The position numbers were made by a program, and so were the translations under genes. This document shows positions 1 to 9,850 of a stretch of 50,046 nt of DNA, piece by piece (position 1 is the stretch's first letter; every line of letters begins with the position of its first letter). Where the stretch lies: positions 1 to 50,046 of the IMG/VR virus record IMGVR_UViG_3300030376_005812; one strand, written 5' to 3'. This DNA is from a virus. Its lineage: Duplodnaviria > Caudoviricetes. A model generated the notes under the pieces. That model had not been told where the DNA came from. It did not search any database and saw only the letters and a list, made by a program, of their open reading frames with translations.

Positions 1-98
1 ATAACAAACTAAGCAACAAGTTGTGGGTAGTAGACTTCAAGACGTGCGCTGGCTCCCCCCATCTTCGGTTGCAGACATGCCCGTGGGAGTTCCAGACT
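1..98. repeat. Terminal direct repeat, copy 1 (circular assembly overlap)
   Basis: Bases 1-98 are identical to 49948-50045; only the final base 50046 differs from base 99. One ORF reads in frame across the join. Confidence 0.95.
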
Positions 99-722
99 CA
101 GCACTACTTCCACACGATTAGAAAACAGGCCCTCAGGGATGACCTCCTTCAGGTGCTGGACCTGCCTTCCAACACAGAGATGGGCGGGGTGATGCACATT
201 GCCGTAGCCAAGCCGACTATCCAGTTCGGCATGAACGACAGGTACTACACTTTGGACACGACCCCCTTCAAGTCAGGCCCACGCAAGGGACAGCCGCGTA
301 ATACCAAGAAGTATGAGGGTGAGCCTTGCATAGATATCTACCAAGACAGGTGCATGTCTTGGTACCACGGCCTTGATGAGTATGAACACTTGGCACCCGA
401 GCGGGCAATCGACCCACCTGTGAATATTTCTTTCACTCCACGGGCTATGCTCCTTGAACAATCCATGGACTCGATGTATCATGAGCGGCTCAAGAAACTG
501 CGGGCCTACAGGTACGCCCCGTGCCAGCCAGACCAGTTCCCAGTTGGAGAAGTAGTCGCCCAACACAACAAGCTACCCACGTATTCCTCTTTTATCATGG
601 CCCCGGTCAGCAGATGGTTGGATGTCATGAAGGACGAGCACTTCGTCATAAGAGACAGGGATAACTCGGAGCTCGTCGATGGGGTTCATGCTTCCTTCAA
701 CCACCCGGATACTGATCAGTAG
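1..722 (+). CDS. PD-(D/E)XK (Cas4/AddB-like) exonuclease, 3' part; continues from 49404 across the circular junction (about 421 aa in total)
   Basis: WVVDFKT motif III and Q..HY (QTQHY); same frame as the ORF starting at 49404. Confidence 0.85.
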   Translation, partial: NKLSNKLWVVDFKTCAGSPHLRLQTCPWEFQTQHYFHTIRKQALRDDLLQVLDLPSNTEMGGVMHIAVAKPTIQFGMNDRYYTLDTTPFKSGPRKGQPRNTKKYEGEPCIDIYQDRCMSWYHGLDEYEHLAPERAIDPPVNISFTPRAMLLEQSMDSMYHERLKKLRAYRYAPCQPDQFPVGEVVAQHNKLPTYSSFIMAPVSRWLDVMKDEHFVIRDRDNSELVDGVHASFNHPDTDQ

Positions 723-737
723 GCTCCTCAATGGAGA

Positions 738-1115
738 ATGCTCATGAGTGAAGAATCAGAAGAAACAAAGGCTCCCCCCAAACATTCGTGGAGTCGGAAT
801 CCCTTTGCACCTTTTCGGATTGAGATCCTGCAACTGGTGATCTACCCGAAGATCCTTGAGCTAGTGGAAAGGGAGGACGTGAAGTCCAAGACCGATCTGC
901 TTATCCGATTCAAGGAAGCCCATAACAGTGGGGTATCAATGACAACCTTCGATGAGTGGTTGTCTGATCTTGGCATCACCTTCGAACGAGTGACCAAGGT
1001 CAACCTTCCTGAGGGCATGAAGAAACCCGTGATCAAACAGCGGGTCATTCGAGCCCAACAAGAGCAGGAAGCATCGACAGATATCGAAGACGAAGTCTTC
1101 AAAGAACTTAGCTAG
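738..1115 (+). CDS. Hypothetical protein, possible winged helix-turn-helix
   Basis: GGAG upstream; segment LLIRFKEAHNSGVSMTTFDEWLSDLGIT resembles an HTH; lies within the recombination operon. Confidence 0.6.
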   Translation: MLMSEESEETKAPPKHSWSRNPFAPFRIEILQLVIYPKILELVEREDVKSKTDLLIRFKEAHNSGVSMTTFDEWLSDLGITFERVTKVNLPEGMKKPVIKQRVIRAQQEQEASTDIEDEVFKELS

Positions 1116-1123
1116 GTAGGAAT

Positions 1124-2029
1124 ATGTCGAATACACACACCCTTGCGACAGGGTCAACAGTCGCAAACAAGTACCCTTCACTCGGCTCTGTAGCAGGCAA
1201 CACTCAATACCCACTGGGTAAGATGTTTGGCCTGTTGGTGGGAGAGTCGAGTTCGGGGAAGTCATTCATTATGCAGTCCAACCCGGACGCATACATCATC
1301 AACGTGGACGAAACTGCAGCGGTCTACCCAGACAGTCCAGCCTGCATGTTTCCTGTGGCGGGATCAGATGGAAGGCCCGTCGATGAGAATGGCAACCCCA
1401 TAGTCATGACGTGGGACCACGTCGAGCAGAAGAAGAAGCTCCTCTGTGAGCTTGCCAATGAGAACAAGCCGAGACCGGCCACTGTTGTCTTGGATACCAT
1501 CAGCGACTCACTCAGGTTGCTCCGGCCCTACATCGCAAAGATGTACAACCGGGAGAAGTTTACAGACGTAGACGGAAGACTTGGGTGGGAACGCCTCTTT
1601 GAGACCCTGATTGATTTTGCAGTCACTCTCAGACGGCACGGCTATGGTGTCTTCTTCATCTGTCATCTGGCCCGAAAGCACATCCCAATGGCTGAGAACC
1701 AGCACGTTGAGGAATTCCGCATCATGCTTTCCGATGGCCTGTATGCCAGACTCTTCCCGATGTTCGACGTGGTTATCCCCGTCATGGCGGATTGGCGAAC
1801 AGAAGAAAAGATCATTGAAACAACTACCACTATTGCTGGTAAGCAAGTCAAGCGTAAGGTGCCCCAGACCGTCAAGGTAAGGAAGCACATCGCAGCATTC
1901 GAGAATGAGAAGCTTGAGGGTATCGTAAAAACCCGAACGCTTTCTCGGATGACAACGGTCGAACTGCCCGAGGACAATCCTTGGGGAGCTATCGAATCCG
2001 AGTTTATTCGGGCGAACACAGCCCGCTGA
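1124..2029 (+). CDS. AAA_24 / Sak4-like P-loop ATPase (probable recombinase)
   Basis: Walker A GESSSGKS, Walker B VVLDTIS and VFFICH; located between an exonuclease and an SSB-like gene, the usual Sak4 context. Confidence 0.8.
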   Translation: MSNTHTLATGSTVANKYPSLGSVAGNTQYPLGKMFGLLVGESSSGKSFIMQSNPDAYIINVDETAAVYPDSPACMFPVAGSDGRPVDENGNPIVMTWDHVEQKKKLLCELANENKPRPATVVLDTISDSLRLLRPYIAKMYNREKFTDVDGRLGWERLFETLIDFAVTLRRHGYGVFFICHLARKHIPMAENQHVEEFRIMLSDGLYARLFPMFDVVIPVMADWRTEEKIIETTTTIAGKQVKRKVPQTVKVRKHIAAFENEKLEGIVKTRTLSRMTTVELPEDNPWGAIESEFIRANTAR

Positions 2030-2084
2030 CGGGCGGGCTGGTCCGCCTCCCACTACTGCCACCTAACACCAAGGAGATAATCCC

Positions 2085-2612
2085 GTGGCTATCGACACCT
2101 CTGTAAAGTCTATGTTCTCTCAGTTTCAGGCGCAATACGAAACCGCTCAGGCCGACAACGGTATGGGCAGTCTCGGCTGGTGGCCTGACGCTGGTGAGCA
2201 TCAGGTCTTCGTCACCAACCTCAGCATCGAGCCCAGCGTGTTCAAGCAGCGCGATGGTATGGAGATCGAGGGCTTCACCGCCCAGTTCGAATACCAGCTT
2301 CTCGAAGATGCTGGCAGCCCCGAGGAACCCCGCAAGTTCCAAGGCGCACCTTTCACCCTCCCCGGAGATCCCTCCCGCATCACCGACGACAAGTCCAAGA
2401 TGCGTTGCGAGATCGAGACCCGTCGCCTCAAGGGCCACATCGAGACTTGCCTGAACAAGTCCACCAACGACCTTGGTGCTGCTCTGCAGGATCTGGAGAA
2501 TATCCTCTCCGACCCCGAGCGCAGTGTTGTGGTTTCCTGCAAGTGCCAGTATGATACTCGCAATGGGAGAACATATCGGAAGGACTTCCTCACGAAGAAT
2601 CTCTCTTCCTGA
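2085..2612 (+). CDS. Probable single-stranded DNA-binding protein (DUF669-like OB fold)
   Basis: AAGGAG SD with GTG start; PDAGEHQVFVTNLSIE pattern; follows the Sak4-like gene; strong C-ending codon bias. Confidence 0.6.
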   Translation: MAIDTSVKSMFSQFQAQYETAQADNGMGSLGWWPDAGEHQVFVTNLSIEPSVFKQRDGMEIEGFTAQFEYQLLEDAGSPEEPRKFQGAPFTLPGDPSRITDDKSKMRCEIETRRLKGHIETCLNKSTNDLGAALQDLENILSDPERSVVVSCKCQYDTRNGRTYRKDFLTKNLSS

Positions 2613-2647
2613 GCCTCCGACCCTACCGAGCTCCCCCCACTGTTCGG

Positions 2648-2687
2648 CTCCGGGGTTCCCTAACACGGACCCCGGAGTCTTCTTTTT
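2648..2687 (+). terminator. Rho-independent terminator
   Basis: CTCCGGGGT/ACCCCGGAG stem followed by TCTTCTTTTT, downstream of the SSB-like gene. Confidence 0.8.
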
Positions 2688-2923
2688 ATAGGTAAGTTGT
2701 CAGAGCCTTGGGAATGGCTAGTAGCCAGAGGGTCAACTACGGCCCGAAGTTATCACGCATCACGTGACATGACGTGGTGTTGCACCTGCCATAGTCATAT
2801 ATGCAGGTGACTGTTTTTGCTTACTTTCGCAGTTGGTGGCTCCTTTCCGTCGTACCGTTTTCTACGACTAGCCCTATCGACATCAGAAAACACCCTTCGT
2901 TTCAAACCTCATTTGGAGACAAC

Positions 2924-3172
2924 ATGACTCAGATTACCCCTGTGGGTAGGCCCCGCAAATCCTCAGACCAGCGGAAGTATCAAGCAATCAACTTGAACCT
3001 CGGCAACGACGGCGCACTCTTTACCCGCCTCGATGCCATGCTCGATCAGATCAACGAAAATGGGGGGAAGTACACCCCACCGCTCAGCCGTAATGCTCTG
3101 ATCAAGATGTTCATCATGTACGGGCTGGACAACATCGACAAGATCCACAAGCCCGTGAAGTTTAGTGAATAG
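2924..3172 (+). CDS. Ribbon-helix-helix-like DNA-binding protein with N-terminal GRPRK (AT-hook-like) motif
   Basis: GGAG SD before ATG 2924; beta strand AINLNL followed by two helices, the second SRNALIKMFI. Confidence 0.6.
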   Translation: MTQITPVGRPRKSSDQRKYQAINLNLGNDGALFTRLDAMLDQINENGGKYTPPLSRNALIKMFIMYGLDNIDKIHKPVKFSE

Positions 3173-3656
3173 TGAAGTCAAATCACTGGCTCACTTTCAA
3201 GCCCAAAAGGACCAGTGGCAAGTTGGAGATGGCCTTCGGGTTTCTCTTCGGCGCGGAGTCAAGAAACTTGTTGAGGTGCTCCCCTCTAAGTTCAAGCACT
3301 CCGCCTTAGGTCTGTTCCGGGAGCCCCTCTTATCCTCCCAAGACACAGACCGCTACAGGACTTGGCTTCTCGCAAGCTCAGTCTTCCAAGGCAGCCACGA
3401 TGGATGGGTATCCCATTATGAGGGGGATACTCATCCTGTCCTTTGGCTTGGTGACTGCAAGATAAACCAAACCAATATGTCTAACCTAACACAGCTCAGG
3501 TTTGACATAAGAAAAAACCACATAAAACAAGCGTTGCAGTTTCCATCTACGGAAGACGAAACGCTGTGGTTACTTTCTCGTTTTAGTCCAAGACTGTTTC
3601 CTGCCTCAATCAGATGGAATCCAGAAAGAGTTCTTCAGATATGGATTCCGTTGTAG
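3165..3656 (+). CDS. Hypothetical protein
   Basis: 163-aa ORF overlapping the end of the preceding gene; no recognised motif. Confidence 0.6.
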   Translation: MNSEVKSLAHFQAQKDQWQVGDGLRVSLRRGVKKLVEVLPSKFKHSALGLFREPLLSSQDTDRYRTWLLASSVFQGSHDGWVSHYEGDTHPVLWLGDCKINQTNMSNLTQLRFDIRKNHIKQALQFPSTEDETLWLLSRFSPRLFPASIRWNPERVLQIWIPL

Positions 3657-3913
3657 ACTGGGGGGCCGGAGACCTAACAGTGGAACGACACATCATGATG
3701 ACAGACACGATCTTCAATCGAACAGTTTCAATCACCGCAGTGAAAGGCAGTTCAACTGTCTTCATGAGAGTTACTTCGTCAAAAGATCCGACGAATACTT
3801 TCCAGATTCCCGTACAAGTAGATGATCTCCCCGAAAAGTACGACGGTCTTCGGGAGTACGTGGAAGAGAGTCAGTCATCATCCTCGTCGTCATCATCATC
3901 GTCGTCGTCGTAG
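3614..3913 (+). CDS. Hypothetical protein with C-terminal poly-Ser
   Basis: Last plus-strand ORF before the convergence point; the start codon is uncertain. Confidence 0.55.
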   Translation: MESRKSSSDMDSVVDWGAGDLTVERHIMMTDTIFNRTVSITAVKGSSTVFMRVTSSKDPTNTFQIPVQVDDLPEKYDGLREYVEESQSSSSSSSSSSSS

Positions 3914-4074
3914 TTGTCTTGGAAGTCACAGCTTTCCCAGACAACCTCCTGCTTGACCTCTTCAAGCACCCCGATGATTGTGAACTTGTCTAAGTTCCAC
4001 TCGACAGCCCAGCCGTTTATTTGTTTGACGAGATGAGCAGCCAACATCTCAGCCGGGTCCATTCGTTCACTCAT
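3871..4074 (-). CDS. Small acidic protein with poly-Asp tail
   Basis: ATG at 4074 overlaps the stop of the phosphoesterase gene (ATGA coupling); MSERMDPAEM...DDDDDDDDEDDD. Confidence 0.7.
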   Translation of the reverse strand: MSERMDPAEMLAAHLVKQINGWAVEWNLDKFTIIGVLEEVKQEVVWESCDFQDNYDDDDDDDDEDDD

Positions 4075-4841
4075 TTCATCTCCAGAAGCTCGGCACTCCA
4101 GTTCACACCGTTGAGTCGAGACAGGCGACCGGGCTTGCATTCCACCACCAGCATAGCGGTACCCCACTGGCTGGTGTCCTTGCGTTTCATCCATCCCGGA
4201 TTGAGCGGCCCAGCTGTCCCCACATTTGCATACCACCACGGCAGGGGAATCCTAGCCGTCCTCCGCATCTGAGTGGGGGGAACAGGGCGATGAGTATGCC
4301 CACGGACCATGAGCAGGTTCGAGTACCCGCCCATGAAGTTCATGAACTGGAGACCCTCCAGCTCGTCTGAAGACTGGCCTGCATCAAACCCGTGATAGAA
4401 GATGCACTGGCCCACCTTGTAACACCCCGCCGGGGACTTCTCGTAGGGGGTCCACTCCCACGATCTGAACTCCTCCCCGTACTCAGGGTGCTTCCTCCAG
4501 TCCACCAGATCCCTGAATTCCCTTGGAACCCGTCTAGGATCCTCTGTAAGGAGATTGTCGTCGTGGTTCCCCATGTTGCACCACGTTTTGGTGGAAGCCG
4601 GGAGAACGCCTCTCAGGTCCTTCAGGAGCTTGTAGCCCGATTCGTACTCATCTTGCAGGGTATGGTCATACTCGTTGGCGTGGATTGATCCCGCCCCCGC
4701 CTCGAACAGATCCCCCAGATGTCCGAAGTGGGTAAGCCCCTTGATGTCCGATAATGTATTGAGGATCCAGTCCTTGGTTTCCTCGGGCATGAAAGGACAG
4801 TGGGTGCAGGAGATGACCGCTATTTTGGCGAGACCAGACAT
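4071..4841 (-). CDS. Calcineurin-like metallophosphoesterase
   Basis: Motifs ISCTH (normally DxH), GDLFE, GNHD, YHG and GHTH in canonical order. Confidence 0.85.
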   Translation of the reverse strand: MSGLAKIAVISCTHCPFMPEETKDWILNTLSDIKGLTHFGHLGDLFEAGAGSIHANEYDHTLQDEYESGYKLLKDLRGVLPASTKTWCNMGNHDDNLLTEDPRRVPREFRDLVDWRKHPEYGEEFRSWEWTPYEKSPAGCYKVGQCIFYHGFDAGQSSDELEGLQFMNFMGGYSNLLMVRGHTHRPVPPTQMRRTARIPLPWWYANVGTAGPLNPGWMKRKDTSQWGTAMLVVECKPGRLSRLNGVNWSAELLEMK

Positions 4842-4910
4842 TCCAATGTAGTCCTTCTCTTTATTGTCTTTCTCCCCCCATAAAGGAGAGAGACCCTTGG
4901 TACTTCCGGT

Positions 4911-7900
4911 TTACTGGATTCCTGACTCCCCGATCCGTGGGGCTTTTCTCTCTTGTAGGGTGCTCCAGATGTACTGGGCGGTTTGAGCATCCACCTCAGG
5001 TTCAGGAGCCTTGTCAAAGTAGTTGTCAGGAACAAACTGGTTGTACCGTTCTTTAGCTGCAACTTCCATGGTATCAGCAATCCTCGACACCACAGACCTC
5101 TCCCTTAGCTTGATCGCATTTTTCATCTGGGCTTTAGTGACGGTTAGCGGCATACCGAACCGGCCTTCGAACTCTGCCTTTACCTGCTCAGCCTCACCCA
5201 CATTGTTACCCAACACAGATGAAATCCACTTCCGCCTGTACTCTCTCATCTGTTCTCGGTTGCGGAGCAAGAAACCACTCAACTGCTGTGGCTCCTTTAC
5301 TGACCGGAGATCCGTACCAAACGAACGGAGCAGCAGGGTAGTCGGGTCGAAGCCGCCAACGAATCGTCCGTCCGCCTTGTACACGGGGACCTGACCATTC
5401 TCCATCTTGCCCCAGTTGGCGAACTCACGCTGGAATCCAATCGCACCCGGAACCTGATTGGCAACACCCAACGCACGACTTACAGCAACACCGCCCGGAA
5501 TCACACGAGGAATGGTTTCAGCAAGCAACTCAAAGTCCTGAGTGCCAATAGCCTGCGCTGCGTTGATCACCACATCCAACGCAGGGGGAACAAAGTTCGA
5601 AACCAGAGCACCCGTTGGGTCTCTTTCTCGGAAGAACCTGTCCCCCCCGAACGTGTCAACGATGGACCCGGCAAACAGGCCACGAGACAGATCAAGGTTT
5701 GCGTTCTTGCCAACCTCGTATGCAATGGCACTGTATCCCATCGCTTTGATTGCGTGCTGGAATGCACTTCCCCCCATCTCGCCGGGGTTCAGCAGGGTTC
5801 CCGTGATCTGACGAATGGGGAACTGCAGAAACTGACGAGCCAGAGGGTTGTTCATGTACGCTGAGTAGAAGATCTCAGGGCGGTTGATTGGATCACTACC
5901 GAACTGGGTTCTCTGAACCAAGCTCATGGTGTCATCCTTCATTCGACCCAAGTCCTCAAGGCTGTTCAGCTTGCCTGCACTAATGCGTGCGTGCTTGGAT
6001 GCGTGAGCCATGGTGAGTCGGTTGAACCACTCAGCCTTTTCGAATGGCTTCATCACCCCTTCGAACAACCAGTACTTGAGCCCACCCTCCTTCTGCCGAT
6101 AACCACTGCGGAGGTTGGCCTCATCCACCATGTGGAACGCAGACTTGCCGATGTCAGCAAGTTCGCTGAAGTCCACGTCTCTCTCTACACCCCCCACTGT
6201 CATGCGCTCAGTGAAGTGCTTTCTCATGAGCTCTGCGCGTTGTGGGTCGGTCATCCGAGCAGGCATCTTTGCACGGTCACTTGCGTAAGACACCATCTGC
6301 TTGAATGCGTCGGCGTAACCCTTCATGGTCGGACCCACTCCAACCAAGGGCATACCCATGGTCAGAGGCTGAAGCATGTTGAGCTGAATGCTGCCCAAGT
6401 TCAGACCGAGGTGGGATGCGTACAGTCCACGCGAAAGACCACCCGTGTAGTTTGCATTCTTCCTAAGAGCTTTTCGGGTGGGGTCTTCAAGCCAGTCCCG
6501 CATCTGACCGACAAACTTCTTACCGGGCTCTCCCGTTTTTTCTATGGCCTTACCCAGAGTTCCATTGGCAAACCCGTTAATGGAGCTTTCCATGAACTTG
6601 GTCACGCCCTCGTTGACTACATCAGAAACATGCCTTCGCCCAGTAATAGTGGGAAGCACGTTTTCCGTAATCAGGTTACGAGTTCGTGTGTCAGCCAAGG
6701 ACTCGACTGAACCTTCAAGCAAGTCGAGAAGGCTCACTCCCCCCAGCGGTTCAAGCTTTGTGACGAGGTCGATGTTGGAAGCTACACCGGGAACACCCGA
6801 AGGACTCACCTTGTCGTAGAGGTCAGCAAGAGTTGCGGGTTCTTCGTCAAGTCCCTGCCTCAGGTTTGCCCAACCAGTTAGCTTTTTACCCTGTCTGGTT
6901 TGATTACGCTTGGCTTCGATAACCTCGGGAGTGAGTGTGTCTTCAAGTGCGGCAAACACACCCCTACGCGGACGAGCAATGTGCATCGTGTAGGTCAAAG
7001 CGGATCGGTGGGAGTACCGCCTGAACTGCTCTTGGAAGTTGATGCGGTAAGTGGAGGCTCGTTTTTCTGGGCGATCAAGAAGTGCTGCCACTTCCCTAGA
7101 GTGATCGTCGATCATGGTGTCGAGGTCATCAGTTGACCCGAAGGTATCCCGCATTCTCCTCAGATCATCAGGATCCCAAAAGCCAACAAACCGCTTCCGT
7201 GTCTGTGCTGACTTACCAAGAAAGTAGTCTGCCTGCTTTCTGTCAAAGCCCAACTCTTCGACAGGAAGTTCTTCACCATCTCTGCCTATGGTTTTGATGA
7301 TGTTTCTAGGTACGTAAGCTTCTCTGTCTCGCAACCCACGCTCAGTAAACTCAGCCAACTTGCCCTGCATTTTGTTCCAGAGCTCTCGGGCTTTTATTGC
7401 AACGTCTGCTTGAGGATCAGAGCTTCTAGCCGTCCTCATGAAACCCATGACATCATCGTCAAAGAAGTTGCCGGTAACGTCATCAATCATCTTGAACAAG
7501 CCTACGGCTTCGCCCGCACTCTCTGACTTGGCAGCGATTGCGTGACCAATTCGTGTCACCTTGTTGGGGTCAACGACAAAGTTCTCCAGACCTTCCTTGC
7601 CAAACAACTTGATCAGGCGGTCCCTCCTGAACTCCTTCATCGCATCAAGGTACTCATCCAAACCGTAGTCGTTGACTATTTGGTCAAGCTTTGCCTTTTG
7701 CTGAGGACTTGTAAACAGGTTGGGAACTATGTCAGACTCTTCAACCAACTCAGGAGTTCTACCTTCTATAAGTTCCCGAGCATGTCCCTTTGTTGATGTA
7801 CTGACAAACCTACCTTGAGTCAACGAGTGGAAGTGTTGACGTTGATCAGCGTCTCTTGCAATCTCGGCATCTTCAACAATGCGATTTCTAAATGAACGAG

Positions 7901-8831
7901 ACCAGTCTTTTTTGTCTGCTTCTCTGGTCAGGTACTTGCTGCTTCTAACTTCGTCTTCCAGTACCCGCCTGAGTTCGTCGGGATCTCCTGATCCGTACTC
8001 AGCGTAAATCCTGTCTATTGCTCTGTCTCGTTTGTTGTTGATCTCAGCAAGACGACGTATCTCTTTGCGGCCCAGAGTAGTGGGCTCTGCAAACTGACCG
8101 ATCCGTGATCCATCAGGAGACATGTCTTGAATGCGTGCAAACTTGAGACGCACATCCTTTTCGCCAAACGGAGTCAGGTCAGGCCGAGTGACTGCACGGT
8201 CAGGTACGTCCCACTTCTGCATCTTGATGCTCATCGCATCGTTGATTTCGTGGAGGATTTGTTTGACTTGTGGGTTCCGTTCGAGGTCCGGGTCAAGAGT
8301 GTTTACACGAACACCCGTTGTCTTTTCGATACGGTTGATCACATTCTCCATTGCAGGAGATACAGTCTTGAGTTCCAACTTCTGAAGGTCCTCAAGGACA
8401 GTAGCCATTTCCTGCATGATCGGACCAGCAGGAGTGCCATGAAGCTGACTGGTTGTGGGGGTAAGCCTCAGAGCATGAAGGATGCGAAATGCCAGTCCTT
8501 CGTTTTGTAGGTAGCGGTTCCAGTTCTGGGTGGAGAACAACCGACCCGTAGAACGCAAAGCCTTCCCTGCGGGGGGAGTCACAAGAAAGGACAGCAGCAC
8601 GAACGGGTTGGTGGCGATGTCCACCATGGTGTTCGTGAGCATATTGTTGCCAAGAGCATCTTTGATGTCATTGACATAGGTGTCCCTTTCTTCAAGGGAC
8701 AAGTCATCTGGGCTCAGAATCGTTCGACGCAATGACTCGAACGAAGCCTCACCATCAGACAACTGCGTGAGAAACACATCCGGTTTGTCGTATGACCGGA
8801 TCGGATCAAATGGCTGGGGAAAGGATGACAT
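4911..8831 (-). CDS. Large internal virion / DNA ejection protein (putative)
   Basis: 1306 aa, helical and charged with a Gly/Ala-rich C-terminus; last large gene of a podovirus-like structural module. Confidence 0.6.
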   Translation of the reverse strand: MSSFPQPFDPIRSYDKPDVFLTQLSDGEASFESLRRTILSPDDLSLEERDTYVNDIKDALGNNMLTNTMVDIATNPFVLLSFLVTPPAGKALRSTGRLFSTQNWNRYLQNEGLAFRILHALRLTPTTSQLHGTPAGPIMQEMATVLEDLQKLELKTVSPAMENVINRIEKTTGVRVNTLDPDLERNPQVKQILHEINDAMSIKMQKWDVPDRAVTRPDLTPFGEKDVRLKFARIQDMSPDGSRIGQFAEPTTLGRKEIRRLAEINNKRDRAIDRIYAEYGSGDPDELRRVLEDEVRSSKYLTREADKKDWSRSFRNRIVEDAEIARDADQRQHFHSLTQGRFVSTSTKGHARELIEGRTPELVEESDIVPNLFTSPQQKAKLDQIVNDYGLDEYLDAMKEFRRDRLIKLFGKEGLENFVVDPNKVTRIGHAIAAKSESAGEAVGLFKMIDDVTGNFFDDDVMGFMRTARSSDPQADVAIKARELWNKMQGKLAEFTERGLRDREAYVPRNIIKTIGRDGEELPVEELGFDRKQADYFLGKSAQTRKRFVGFWDPDDLRRMRDTFGSTDDLDTMIDDHSREVAALLDRPEKRASTYRINFQEQFRRYSHRSALTYTMHIARPRRGVFAALEDTLTPEVIEAKRNQTRQGKKLTGWANLRQGLDEEPATLADLYDKVSPSGVPGVASNIDLVTKLEPLGGVSLLDLLEGSVESLADTRTRNLITENVLPTITGRRHVSDVVNEGVTKFMESSINGFANGTLGKAIEKTGEPGKKFVGQMRDWLEDPTRKALRKNANYTGGLSRGLYASHLGLNLGSIQLNMLQPLTMGMPLVGVGPTMKGYADAFKQMVSYASDRAKMPARMTDPQRAELMRKHFTERMTVGGVERDVDFSELADIGKSAFHMVDEANLRSGYRQKEGGLKYWLFEGVMKPFEKAEWFNRLTMAHASKHARISAGKLNSLEDLGRMKDDTMSLVQRTQFGSDPINRPEIFYSAYMNNPLARQFLQFPIRQITGTLLNPGEMGGSAFQHAIKAMGYSAIAYEVGKNANLDLSRGLFAGSIVDTFGGDRFFRERDPTGALVSNFVPPALDVVINAAQAIGTQDFELLAETIPRVIPGGVAVSRALGVANQVPGAIGFQREFANWGKMENGQVPVYKADGRFVGGFDPTTLLLRSFGTDLRSVKEPQQLSGFLLRNREQMREYRRKWISSVLGNNVGEAEQVKAEFEGRFGMPLTVTKAQMKNAIKLRERSVVSRIADTMEVAAKERYNQFVPDNYFDKAPEPEVDAQTAQYIWSTLQERKAPRIGESGIQ

Positions 8832-8843
8832 CCTACCCTTTTA

Positions 8844-9278
8844 TTACTTAATACGGGTGCGGAACCGAATGACTACAGTAACCGTATCATGCTCAGTGCC
8901 AGCATTACCGGGTTCAACGTTCAAAGCAATCATTGAACCTGCAGGAACATAATTTTCAGTTGCGCTGACAACACCATCCACTGGGGTGTATGCAGCATTA
9001 ACAACAACTGCAGAACTAAGAGCAGCACCCGCCGAGTCTGGGTCAGTTGAATACGTCCCATCAGCAGCAGCATCAAGTCTCTTCAGCTGAAAAGTGTCAT
9101 TAGCGTCCGCCTCAGGGCAGATGAAAAATACGGAATCAACAACCAGATTGCGTTCTGCGTAGTGCAAAACAAAGTCGTCACCGTCCGCCAACTTCGCACC
9201 AACACCAGTCACAACAATAGAAAGAGTCTGGAACTGATCCGGGTAAGAAGTCACATCAAGAATGTTTTCGCCTGCCAT
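8844..9278 (-). CDS. Putative virion structural (beta-rich, decoration-like) protein
   Basis: AAGGA SD; beta-strand-rich acidic 144-aa protein in the structural module. Confidence 0.5.
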   Translation of the reverse strand: MAGENILDVTSYPDQFQTLSIVVTGVGAKLADGDDFVLHYAERNLVVDSVFFICPEADANDTFQLKRLDAAADGTYSTDPDSAGAALSSAVVVNAAYTPVDGVVSATENYVPAGSMIALNVEPGNAGTEHDTVTVVIRFRTRIK

Positions 9279-9289
9279 GTGTCTAATCC

Positions 9290-9850
9290 TTAGGAAAGAA
9301 GGTCGTTGACCCCGACCTGCCCCTCAGTGGGGGGAGTAAATGCGCCGTCGCCCATGGCTTCGGCAAGTTCTCGAATGAGATCCCGACGCGGAACCCCACC
9401 AATTACGACAGCACCGGAAGGAAGGTACCTTCCCGCTGAGATGCGATTATACAGGTCGGGTGCCATTTGCTGAAGCTTACGCTCATTTTTTTCAATGTCA
9501 CGTTGCCGCTCACGGTCTCTGATCTGCTGAAGCTTTAGAGCTCGTTGCTGGGCTCTTGCCTGTTTACGCTGAAGCTCAAGTTCAGGGAAGTCTGAAAGTA
9601 GCTGCTGGTCAGTAAGTTGCCTGTCCCCAAAGAACATGGGAAGAAGGAAGCCAGCACCAATACCAGCACCCCCGATGTAGCTCAGCGGGTTGCGCTTACC
9701 CTCTTCCGCCTTGGCAAGAGGGTTCATCATTGCACGGCCAACGTCTTTGTACTTCCCCCCAGCAGTAACGTACTGAGCAGCGGTACCTACGCCTTTGCCT
9801 GCGCCAAGAAGACCTCTACCAATCGAAGCAAACGCCGCTGGAATAGCCAC
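9290..9850 (-). CDS. Putative internal virion protein
   Basis: Gly/Ala-rich N-terminus, hydrophobic GGAGIGAGFLLPMFF segment and Gln-rich coiled coil. Confidence 0.55.
   Translation of the reverse strand: MAIPAAFASIGRGLLGAGKGVGTAAQYVTAGGKYKDVGRAMMNPLAKAEEGKRNPLSYIGGAGIGAGFLLPMFFGDRQLTDQQLLSDFPELELQRKQARAQQRALKLQQIRDRERQRDIEKNERKLQQMAPDLYNRISAGRYLPSGAVVIGGVPRRDLIRELAEAMGDGAFTPPTEGQVGVNDLLS

Noticed and set aside
2194-2454. Ser-rich same-strand alternate ORFs (also 39064..39327)
   Set aside because: They are shifted-frame shadows of C-ending codons in real genes; useful as controls for the polA observation but not genes.
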